The notes beneath the pieces are model-generated. The model worked only from the letters and a program-made list of their open reading frames with translations, made no database searches and was not told where the DNA came from. DNA of 64,000 nt from Rhina ancylostomus (lineage: Eukaryota): the NCBI GenBank assembly GCA_030265395.1, contig JARFYF010000084.1:74600065-74664064 (forward strand), read 5' to 3'. Shown in pieces: positions 53,685-64,000 of this stretch. Positions within the stretch are counted from its first letter, which is position 1; each line of letters starts with the position of its first letter. The translations under genes were made by a program, and so were the position numbers.

Positions 53685-53897
53685 ATGAGCTGCTCCGAAT
53701 CGCTGCTTCGCCCCATCCGCAGGAGCGCATGGATCGTGGGCGCTCTGTCCCATTACTTCGGCTCGGAGAGCGCCCAGGAGGACAACGAGATTGTGGTTCT
53801 GGCTATCGGCACCGACCAGTACCTGCAGGAGATATTCCAACACTTGAGCTACCAGGGAGACGGGCTGGTGTCGGCCGAGGACTTTTCCCAGTTCTGA
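53685..53897 (+). pseudogene. EFCC1/CCDC48-like N-terminal gene fragment (70 codons), truncated by a Penelope-type repeat; putative 5' UTR from about 53440
   Basis: MSCSESLLRPIRRSAWIVGALSHYFGSESAQEDNEIVVLAIGTDQYLQEIFQHLSYQGDGLVSAEDFSQF* resembles the recalled EFCC1 segment [41 protein letters not shown]; EF-hand-like loop SYQGDGLVSAEDF; GC- and CpG-rich relative to flanks. Confidence 0.78.
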
Positions 53898-54200
53898 CGG
53901 AGGGTCTCGGACCCAAGGCGTGAACCATCTCTCTCTCCCTCTCCACAGAAGCTGCCTGACCTGCTGTGGATTTCCAACATTACTGTAAACTACCACTAGA
54001 ATACAGGCCGCTAGCAACAGTCAGGAGGTCGGGCAGCATCCGCGGAGAGAGAAGTGGTGACATTTCAGGTCGATGACCTTCCTTTAGGGTTCGGAGGGAG
54101 GGTTAAGAGCTGAAATGCCAACAATCTCTCTCTCCACGGACCTGTTGCACCTCTCAGTTTTTATTTTGGATTGCCAGCATCTGCAGGATTTTATTTCTCA
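53885..54200. mobile_element. Cluster of Penelope-like terminal repeats (+, -, +)
   Basis: cccagttctgacggagggtctcggaccc..ccacagaagctgcctgacctgctg; reversed copy at 54015-54085; forward copy at 54100-54200. Confidence 0.75.
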
Positions 54201-54429
54201 TCGGGAAATGACACTGAGGATAAGGCTACGTGGCGCCCAGCGAGAGTGTGCTGCTGTTGCCCACGGGAGACCTCGTTTCTGAGGTGCATTCCCCCACAAG
54301 ACTTCGAATGCCCCCCCTTTCCCCCGGTCTGATAGGGTGGGTGGAGTTGGATGAGTGGTGATGGGTTCTAAAGCAAGGAAGAATCATTGTGATTGGTAAA
54401 TGGAAAGCTGAACAGGCCTAGAAGGTCAT

Positions 54430-54537
54430 CAACACACAAGATGCTGGAGGAACTCAGCAGGTCAGGCAGCATCTGGGGAGGGAGGGAGGGAAATGGTCAG
54501 TCAACATTTCGGGTCGAGACCCTCCATCTGGAAAGTC
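54430..54537 (-). mobile_element. Penelope-like terminal repeat with hammerhead-like core
   Basis: Reverse strand CAGATGG-A-GGGT-CTCG-ACCC-GAAA-TG-TT-gactga..gatgctgcctgacctgctgagttcctccagca. Confidence 0.8.
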
Positions 54538-56797
54538 TGTCTGTTGTACATGCAAGTTGCCATAAATACCAGTACAAAACCATGAAGAGGAAAAAAAAAG
54601 AGAAAAAAAAATCAGTAAACAAGATTTTGCAGAAAATGAGCATAATACAATGCCACATCCATAAAAATATTGAGGTAGCCATCTGATTAATAATTTCAAC
54701 ATCTTATTAATAACCTGAAAGGCAGCAGACAATAAGTTGGCTTCTCAAAACAATAAGAAATGCGTTAAATGCACAAATACTAGCAACATCATTAAATAGC
54801 TTTAAATTTCATACATGCCCCAGACACTGGAAACATTAATGTTCACACAGCAGTTTGACTGAACTTGCAAAGCCCTACTGGATACTTACAGATGTCCTTA
54901 TTGTACCCCCGAACAATGTTGCTGCACATCACCAAATAAATTAAGTATTTCAACAATGATGCAACCTTAACCTGGGTCAGGATTACAACAGCATCATCAC
55001 AACGGACCTAAGCAGCCCAGGCTGTAACATACATAGATCTCTGATGTGCCCTGCTGCAGATGTAGAAACATACACACAAAAGTCAAACAGCCCCAAGACG
55101 CACTGGTCAGACTCAAACACAATAAACTTCCATTTGGACACATAACTGCAAGCTTCCGCTGACTACAGAACTCCATCCAGACCCCATTCTTCCTTCAGGA
55201 GACTGAATACTGCTTTTTAAGCTTGCTTTATGCCATTGTGGTATTTAGCTTTGTATGGGATGTGTCATCATTCCATGTATCGTTTACTGACAAACAAGTT
55301 GGCTGTTGCCATTTAAGTGTAAGAAATTCTACAAATGTGGGAGGGAGGGTGAATCTTTTGTTGAGTACATGCTTTTCAGCCAAGTTGAGCAGTCATCAGA
55401 ATTGTTCTCAAGGGTTAACAGAGAACGTCAATGTGCAAGAAAGGTCAGTGTTTGAAATATTTCATGAACAGATGCCCAGATGCTGTTCGCTGTCAAGAAG
55501 CATATGTTCCCCTGCCATAGACGGGAACAGCAGTACGCAAGATTAAAATCTGGGAGACAAAGTCAATACAACACAATGCCACGCACATGAAAAAAAACAG
55601 CACTGCATAACATTTCCCTGGCAATGAATGCCAATGGAGACAGTGCACTGGTTCAACTGCAAGCTAAGAATGAGTTAAATGCAAAATCACCAGCAGCACT
55701 CATCAGCTACACAATATCTACAAAGAGAATGCCGCACAAAGCATTCAAGCCATTATTTACTAAATTATCACAGGAGTCACGTCTACTGCGAGGCCTGCCT
55801 GAGCAGACCTAGGCAAGCTAACATTGCAAGGATCGTAAAATACATCAAGCGACGGCTCAACAGTACACAGCCCTTCACTGCATCCTTGATAAACAATCTA
55901 CGTTCTTTCCCGAATCGTGCACCTTGGACTGCGGTAGAGGACAGATGGTGGATGGTCGACATCGTCGCAGCCTTTGCCGATGGCATTCTCCAGCCAGCTT
56001 GGTGAGCTGCTAAAGCAGAATTCAAGATGAACCCCCTGCTGATTTCCACTTCCATCAGCCCGAATCCTCACTGCCGTTGAATGCTGTACCACATGACCAA
56101 AGGTGAGCTCAGTAACTCGCTGGCTTCAGGAATCCAAAGTGCGAGTCTAACCAGAGGCTCGGATTTTCTCCTTTTTTAAAAAAAAATAATCTCCAATCAA
56201 GCTCTTTCCGCTTGAGATGGGCTACAATTCAATTGAAGTAGCTGTAACCACTTCAGGAATCTGAGGAAACACACATCAGATTTAAACTATAGTTTAAACA
56301 AAAGGGATATTTATTGCCAATTAGGACACAGGCTCACCAGGCAAGCCTTTTGAGAATTACATCCTTTACATGTCAAGCAAACATCTGCTATGGCTCAGCC
56401 CAAAAGGAGTCACATGACCACTGCACTGCTTCAGTCTACCAGGGAAATTTGTCAGCAGCACAAATCAGAGCAGGTTTCCTTCCTTGTTGCTCCACCATTC
56501 CAACTTGGTTTCAGCTACACTCAAGACTCAGGCATTCCATCCTCTGCAATTTTACATGTCATCCCTCAAAATATTTTCAGTTTCCAGTATTCCAACAATC
56601 AAAAAGTTTAACCAAATACTTCCGAATTTATTCCAATGCATTAGGCACAGCAGGAACAGAAGTATCCTTAGATTCGACCCCATTCAAAGGTGAAAGGTGG
56701 ATTTTGCCCAGTTAGTATAAAACTGATGCAAACATAGCAAATTTCCCATTCTGTTCCATTGATCAACTGGTTTAAAGATACACAAGGAGGGGAAAAT

Positions 56798-57275
56798 TGG
56801 TAAATCGGTTTATTATTGTCACATGTACTGAGGTACAGTGAAAAACTTTGTTTTGCATGCCAGCGATACAGATCAGTTCATTACAATAGTGCATTGAGGT
56901 GGTAGAAGGCAAAGCAGTAACAGAATGCAAAATAAAGTGCTACAGTTGCAGAGAAAATGCAGTGCAGGCAGACAATAAAGTGCATGGACATAATGAGGTA
57001 GATTGTGAGGTCAAGAGTCCATCTTATCCTACTAGGGGAGCGTTTAATAGTCTTATAGCAGGATAGAAGCTGTCCTTGAGGCTGGTGGTACCTGCTTTCA
57101 GGCTTTTGTATTTTCTGCCCGATGGAAGGGGGAAGAGGTGAGAATATCCGAGGTGGGTGAGGTCTTTAATTATGCTGGTTGCTTTACCAAGGCAGTGAGA
57201 AGTGTAGATTCCATGGAGGGGAGTTTTGTTTACGTGATGTGCTGGGCTGTGTCCACAACTCTTTGCAGTTTCTTG
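56798..57275 (-). mobile_element. Rex1/Babar-like LINE 3' end
   Basis: Reverse strand KLQRVVDTAQHIT..SIIKDLTHLGYS..PSGRKYKSLKA remnant and the shared UTR. Confidence 0.85.
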
Positions 57276-57467
57276 TTACAGGTGATAACTCCCACTCTTG
57301 TTAGGCACATGTGACGTGCTGTACCTTTCAATGGCAGCGTTCAGCTTATCCATTATCTTCACATACTGTTAAGTTGGCAAAGACAACACAATCTGCCTGA
57401 TAGGAAACCAAGCAGGGCCTAAAATACCCCTCTCACAATTCTCACAGGTAACCTGTACAACTCGTTA

Positions 57468-57781
57468 CAGGCCCTCCCTGGGTTAAAAATAATCAACTTA
57501 TGGACACCCCATATACGAATGAGCTCCCATAATATTAAATTCAAACGTCTGACATGCATACGCACATTCGCTCCTATGAACAGAAGACTAGTTTCTTCTT
57601 TCTCTCCACTTTTAGTAACTGTTCTTTATCAGGCTTATGTTCTTTAGATGCCATTCTTTACAATACTGTACAGGTATGCTTACCATATTGAGCACTTTTG
57701 TGTATTTTCTAATTTATGGAAAAAAATCAACTTGTGGATGTCTGTAAAAACTGAACCCATTCATAACCCTGAGACAGCCTG
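57468..57781. mobile_element. Tigger/Tc1-mariner-like MITE
   Basis: TA|caggccctccctgggtta ... taaccctgagacagcctg|TA: imperfect TIRs with a TA target duplication. Confidence 0.75.
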
Positions 57782-59779
57782 TATAAATGCCTCTTGAGTA
57801 GGACACTTTCTCCACAGCTAAATGTTTGGTCACTTCAGAATTAGAAAACTTTTAAGAGTGGATCTTAAAAATAATGGGAGGAAGTTGTTCCAAATGAGGA
57901 AAAGGCTCTGGTGAGGCAGTGGTATTGCTTTAAAGAACAATGGTATATCCAGGAGTTATAGATCAATTCCAGAGTTGCACTCTCACTTCAGCACGCATCT
58001 CAGTCTTCAGATCTGGTGCCAAAGGGTAGGATCATACAAGATCAGCTTCTCCTCCACAAAAAGGCAGAAGAATAACTATATACTTAACAAGGATATGAAG
58101 CATTAAAGAGGTCTTCCAGTACCAGGCTGCAGGACTGATTATTCGTTTGTCATGCCTGAGGATGTTTAGATCAGTAGCAACAATGCACGCTTTACAGACC
58201 AGAATTCAAACTGAGGACCTCCCAAGTTTATGGCCCTGTGCCACATGCTAACAGGAAAAGAATGCTTGTTCTTTAAACATATCCATTTGTGAACATTACG
58301 ATCAAAATATCCACAAACATTTGCATATCTTTATGTATGAAGCAGGAGGGCTTACCCAATTAAAGTATTTATTTTTATAATAATGAGTTTTCTCATTAGC
58401 AATTAAATCCTCAGAACTACAGCAAAGAAAGTTGGACAGATAAAAGAGGGCACTGAATGGTTATACTCAACACTCTTAATATCAACCAACATTTCCATTT
58501 TAATGAAAAGTTTGAGTTATCCAAAAGTGAATATCCAAGATGTCCAAAATTTGACAACATTGCAAGGATCTGTGATATTCCCCACAGCAGAACTGTCTGG
58601 TGGCAAAACAAAAGTCTAAAATCTGGTTTCTGTAGCCCATTGTATTTAGGAGGAAGGATCAAAGTTAAATGAGTTTCCCAGCCCATTTTCTTTACACCTT
58701 CCTGATCACATAGGTCTGCCCAAACTTAGGGTGTAGATGTAGGCAATGTACTTTCAGGCTGAAATAAAAATAGAAGATGCTGGAAGTACTCAGCATATCA
58801 GGCAACTTTGTGGAGAGAGATACACATACAGAGTGATTGATTCAGGTTGATGGCCATTCAGGCTTTTGCACCTTTCATTTACTCAGAAGTCACTCTTTGT
58901 CCCAGTACTGGCCACCTCAGCCAGATAGGAACGCAACACATTTTCCTCTATGGTGCTTCAAGTATATACTTTGGGCAAGCCTCAACCTTAAAAAAACAAC
59001 CATCATAAACACTGAAGATAAAGAGTGGATTTTCCTCAAACTAACTGTAACAAAGAGCATGGGACATGTCTTGAACAAAGTTCAAAGCTCAACTCCATGG
59101 ACACCAGCNNNNNNNNNNNNNNNNNNNNNNNNNNNNNNNNNNNNNNNNNNNNNNNNNNNNNNNNNNNNNNNNNNNNNNNNNNNNNNNNNNNNNNNNNNNN
59201 NNNNNNNNNNNNNNNNNNNNTGTTCAGACATGAGTGAAAGACCTTTCCAATATTAGACAACGCAAACTCATTTTCAGATACTTTTTTTTATTCCAAAACT
59301 GCACCAATTTAACACATGCACTGGTTTCCTAACAGGATTAATACTGCAGCCATCTTAAAAAGGGCAATTCCTTCCAAATTCCAGATTATTAAAAGGCAGC
59401 ATATTTGCATTAATTACAATAACTTTTCACATAATGGAGGAGAAAGTAATGGATATTATGCCTTTGTAGATAGGACAGGAGGTAACTGAGACCATGATCA
59501 AATACAATGGCTTTACAGATTGCTTTTAAAATTCAGGATGTAGGTTGGTGGGAAGGGATTTAAGCAGAGAATGATGTCATTAGCATCACATGACGGTGTC
59601 CATACAGCTGAACTTTGTTCAAGGCACGTCCTGTGCTGTATGTTACAGCTAATTTGAAGAAAATCCTCTCTTTATCCCCTTCAAGGTGCCCGCTAGCCCT
59701 ACCACCAATTAATGAAGTAGATGGAGAAGTGGGGTGATATTAGCAGAAGGGCAGAGCCAGGGAGCCAAAGGATATGGAG

Positions 59780-59995
59780 AAAAAAAAACAGCAGATGCTG
59801 GAAACCCAAAATAAAAATAGAAAATGCTGGAAGTGCACAGCAACGCAGACATCTGTGGAAAGAGAAACAGAATCAGGTCGAAGAATTTTATTTGACCAAT
59901 TCTCATCAAGGGTCTTTAACCTCAAAGGTTAACTTCTGTTTCTCTTTCCACAGATACAACCTCATCATTTTCAGCATTTCCTGCTTTATTTCAAA
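59780..59995. mobile_element. Inverted pair of Penelope-like terminal repeats
   Basis: atctgtggaaagagaaacagaa and ttctgtttctctttccacagat are reverse complements. Confidence 0.75.
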
Positions 59996-60289
59996 AAGAT
60001 GCAGGGCCTAGTAAAAGCCAAGGTGAATAGTCCCTCTACTATTAAAAACAATCCGTAGATGGTGATTTGAAACAAGCTGTTGGAGGACTAAAGATTTCTC
60101 ACATACAGTCCAGCTCCCAAAGGCACCTTCGGCATCTGATGCACAATGAAAGGAAATGGCAGTGATTCATAGTCTGTTGGACTGAATTCTGTGGTATTAA
60201 TGGACTTCCAAAGACCTTTGAGGTGCCACATAACAGGCTTGTCATCATGATTCAAGGCCATGGAATAAATGGGGCAGGAGCAACAATGA

Positions 60290-61480
60290 TACAAAATTGT
60301 CTGACTAACAGGAAAGAATGGTAGTAAAAGGTGTTTCCCCCCCCCCCCCCCCAGATTGGAGGGAAGTGTACAGAGGATTTCCCAAGGGGTCAGTACTTGG
60401 NNNNNNNNNNNNNNNNNNNNNNNNNCCTAATATATATATATTAATGATAGTGGACTTGGATACAGAGAGTTCAGTCTCCAAATCTGCAGGTGACACCTAT
60501 CACCTCCCAGCTCCTGTCGCTATGTCAACTCTTCCCTCCATCTGCCCAAGACCTTGCTTCACCTGAATCCACCTATCACTCGCCAGCTCTTGCCCCACCC
60601 CTTCCCTTCACCTCTTTATACTGGCCATCCTCCCCTTTACTCCAGACAAAGGGTCTCGATCCAAAACTTCGACTGTCCATTCCCCTCCACAGATGATGCC
60701 TGAGTAGCTCCAGCAGTTTGTTTTTTGCTCCAGATTCAAGTTCCTATAATCTCGTTTCTCCAAACACAAAACCTGTCAGATGCAGTGAATGTTAAGGAGG
60801 AAAGTAATGGCCTTCAAAGAGATATAGAAAGGGTGGCAGATGAAGTTGAATGGTGCAAAATGTAAGGGGTTACATTTTGGTGTAGGGAATGAGAAGAGCC
60901 AATATAAATTTAGAGGACACAACATGAAAAGCGGTACAACAACAAGAGAGATCTGGGGTAGATGTGCACAGTTGGTTGGAGGTGGTAGGGCAAGCTGAAA
61001 AAGTTGATAAAAGGGGCAGGTCGGATTCTGATCTTTATAGACCAAGACTTAGAGTACAAGGTTTTAAGCAAGTCAAAGGGAATCTTTAAAAAGCAATTGT
61101 TCAGCCGCAACTGGGAGTTCCAGGCCCAGTTCTGGGAATCAGACAAAGTTGTAAAAGCTTTGGAGAAACTGCACAAGAGATGTACTAAATTGATTTCTGA
61201 GATGAGGGTCTCCAGTTACGCAAGTAAACTGAGCCTGGACTGTTCTCCTCGGAACAGAGGAGGTTGCAAAGGGATCTGATGGAGTCATTTAATATTACGA
61301 AGGGCGTAAACAAAGAGCAGAGAGAAAATGTTTCCACTGACCAAGGACCAAAGATACAGAATGAAGGCAAATGGGGGGAAAGATGCCTTAAAAAAATATT
61401 TCATGCAGCATGTGTTCAGGGTCTGAAATACTGTGGCAGAGATAGTAGTGGAGGCATATTCAACTGCAACATTTTTAAAA
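60290..61480 (+). mobile_element. CR1-clade LINE RT remnant, interrupted at 60497-60761
   Basis: WREVYRGFPKGSVLG, SKSAGDT|K (FADDTK), QQQERSG/RDLGV-region and AQFW motifs. Confidence 0.85.
60497..60761 (+). mobile_element. Penelope-like 3' UTR and terminal repeat nested in CR1
   Basis: Homologous to the reverse of 15760-15990; ccagacaaagggtctcgatccaaaacttcgactgtccattcccctccacagatg. Confidence 0.8.
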
Positions 61481-61989
61481 GACTGCTGCAAAGAAATTGC
61501 ATTGAATCCATCACCACATCCTGCCTTACACCGAAAACACAACACCACATGTACTGCATTAACACCGATTAATAGTTGCAGGGGGAAAAAAAATCTGATC
61601 ATTGATGACCACTCTGTGGAGAGTTCCAAAATGTCTTGCTATTCTGGAAATGCGTTTCTGTTAGGAAGAAGTAAGGAGAGAAGAGAATTACATTCTTGGA
61701 ATGCTACCTGAAATTATGAACTTCAGTTGACACCAGAGAAGCTGAGACACCTTGGGAGGAAAAGCTATGGAGAAATAAACTAAAATTACGAAAGATTTTC
61801 CAGAGTAAAAAAAGAAACTTCATCCACTGGTAACCAGAGGGGACATATTTCAAACAAATGACAGAAGGAGTGACAAGTGTTTTAAATCTGCTAACTCCTG
61901 AAAGAGGGTTAGAAGCAGGTTCAATTGTGGGCCTCTAAAAGGGAATTGGAAATGTGCTTACATTCATCTGTAACAGCAGAGAATGAGAT

Positions 61990-62310
61990 TAATTTTGCCT
62001 CACAGCTTGAAAGACCCAGTTCAAATCCTTACCTTCAATGCTTTCTGTTTGCATATTCTCCCTGTGACCATGTGGGTTTCCCCCGGGTGCTCTGGTTTCC
62101 TCCCACATCCTAAAAACCATGCATGGGTTAATTGGTCACTGCAAATTACCCTTTAGTGCAGGTAAGTGACAAGGAGAATGAGAAGGGAGTAGATGGATAT
62201 ATGATAGAAAATAAGCAGAGCTACAGGAAGATCAAAAGAGGGAAAAGGAGACTCGATGGAATTGCTTTGCTGGGAGCAGGCATAAACTCAGTGGGCCAAA
62301 TGGACTACTG
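61990..62310 (+). mobile_element. HE1-type V-SINE
   Basis: gtttgcatattctccctgtgaccatgtgggtttcccccgggtgctctggtttcctcccacatcc. Confidence 0.8.
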
Positions 62311-62499
62311 CATTGTAATGTTAATTAATTGTCTCTCTGAATGAGCCAGCAATGGAGCATTAGGCTGAGTGGCTTTTCTTTCTGTCATAGTGACATAAAT
62401 AAAATAGTTCAATGATCCAGTTTCTGGGGATCACTTAACATGACTTCCCTCCTCCAGTCCACTTCCCTCCAATATTTTTAAGTGTATCTTTTTCAAACG

Positions 62500-62805
62500 T
62501 AGCACAGTGGCGTAAATGGTAGAGAGCTGCTGCCTCACAGCTCCAGTGACCTGGGTTCAACCTGAACCTCGGGTGCTGTGTGGAGTCTGCAAGTTCTCCC
62601 CATAAACACTTGGGTTTCCTCCCACATCCCAAAGCAAATTGGCCACTTTAAATTGCCCCCAGTGTGTAGGTAAGTGGTAGAATCCAGAGGGGGTTAACAG
62701 GGGTGTGGAGAGAATAAAATGGGATTAGTGTAGGGTCAATATAAACAGGTGCCTGATGGTCAATATTAACTCAGTGGAGCAAAGGATGTGTTTTTCTGCT
62801 GTACA
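62500..62805 (+). mobile_element. HE1-type V-SINE
   Basis: Head gcacagtggcgtaaatggtagagagctgctgcctcacagctccagtgacctgggttcaa plus V-domain. Confidence 0.85.
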
Positions 62806-63825
62806 ACCCCAAATAAAAACTCCAGCTCTCTTAAAAATTCTGATGGCTCTCCTGAACTGGTCAAGACAATTCCATGGAATAACTCTTAAATCCCAGTAAA
62901 TTCTTGCCAATCCAGGGGTGCGCACAGGTGGAAATTAGAGAGCCTCAGTCCCAAAAGATAATTGGCTACTATTAGACACTGTGTATTTGAAGTTCTTGTG
63001 CTGCTGAACCTGCTGTANNNNNNNNNNNNNNNNNNNNNNNNNNNNNNNNNNNNNNNNNNNNNNNNNNNNNNNNNNNNNNNNNNNNNNNNNNNNNNNNNNN
63101 NNNNNNNNNNNNNNNNNCCTGCTGTAGAGTCTGCACCACTATACAAAAGGTGACCACCTTCCCGACTCATTCAGGCAATATTAAAACCCCAACCCATGAT
63201 TTTGTAGGGCTGCTCACCATCACTACCTCCCAAAACTGGTAGCCCACCCAACTTTGACCAGAAATCCCCACATTGCTGTCAATCATCGGCTCAGTGACAG
63301 CACCTGCATTGGTTTGCAGGCTTTGCTGGGACAATCAAGCTGAAGTCACTTGCACTGATGTGAGCTTAGACTAAAAATGAACTGTGAAATACCTGGAAAA
63401 TGTTACAAGGTCCAAATAAGCTATCATAGGCTGTTAAGCAGAAAACATTACTTCACAAAATTAATTTGAGGTCCAGATAATTTATGTATGTGCTCTATGA
63501 TTGGCTTATTTGAATAATCCAAAATACGAAAGATTTTAAGATAAACAAGAAATACTCTTCTCTAGTCAGTGGAAGGTGTCACCACTGCTTTGCCACTGAC
63601 CACTTTATAGTGTGCAGTACGTTACTGGACTAGCAGCAAGAGGTCTGCAAATCTCATCCAGGCACCACCTTTGAATGACAAAACTTAATTGTAAAAAAAA
63701 CATAGGTTCACTAATGCCTACCTTTAGCAGTTTAGCCGATACGCAAACCCACACTGACCCATGTGGTGGACTCTTAACTGCCTTGGTCTGGGACAACAGA
63801 GTTTCAGAGAGTAGTGGGCACAACC

Positions 63826-64000
63826 TAGTCCATCAGGGCACAGCACTCCCAACCATCAACAGCATATACAGGAGACGCTACCTCAAGGCATCTGTCTTTG
63901 AAGTTGGGCCATGCCCTCTTCTTGCCGCTACCATCAGGCAGGAGGTACAAAAACCTGAAGTTTCAACACCACCAAGTTCAGGAACAGCTACTTTCCTGCA
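63826..64000 (+). mobile_element. Rex1/Babar-like LINE fragment (runs off the window)
   Basis: GHALFLPLPSGRRYKNLK..TTKFRNSYFPA. Confidence 0.8.

Noticed and set aside
54884-55030. Perfect GTAAGT donor on the minus strand as a cryptic JARID2 exon
   Set aside because: Weak exonic side (TCT|gt), no recognisable coding similarity, and such hexamers are expected by chance in 64 kb.

Overview
This is vertebrate genomic DNA, most likely from a shark or ray: it carries HE1-type V-SINEs, CR1-type LINE tails and Deu-domain SINE remnants, and it is CpG-depleted with many N gaps. The window lies inside the JARID2 gene on the minus strand. Two coding exons are visible with canonical AG/GT splice sites and compatible phases: 48652-48802 (exon 3 by human numbering, recalled) and 2453-2622 (exon 4, with the K116 motif RLQAQRKF and the [15 protein letters not shown] segment), separated by an intron of about 46 kb. 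The rest is intron filled with decayed mobile elements (CR1, Rex1/Babar-like, RTE and a second jockey-group LINE, V-SINEs, Tigger-like MITEs). The main items of interest are: (1) a dispersed short repeat that resolves to a minimal type I hammerhead ribozyme consensus, is physically linked to Penelope-like RT/GIY-YIG remnants and often occurs as inverted pairs; (2) a CpG-rich, open 70-codon EFCC1/CCDC48-like 5' gene fragment, antisense in the intron, whose stop codon is the UGA of such a hammerhead core; (3) a candidate in-frame alternative first exon of JARID2 behind a palindromic CRE; (4) a locally templated insertion. All homology calls are from recalled motifs, not database searches, and repeat boundaries are approximate.
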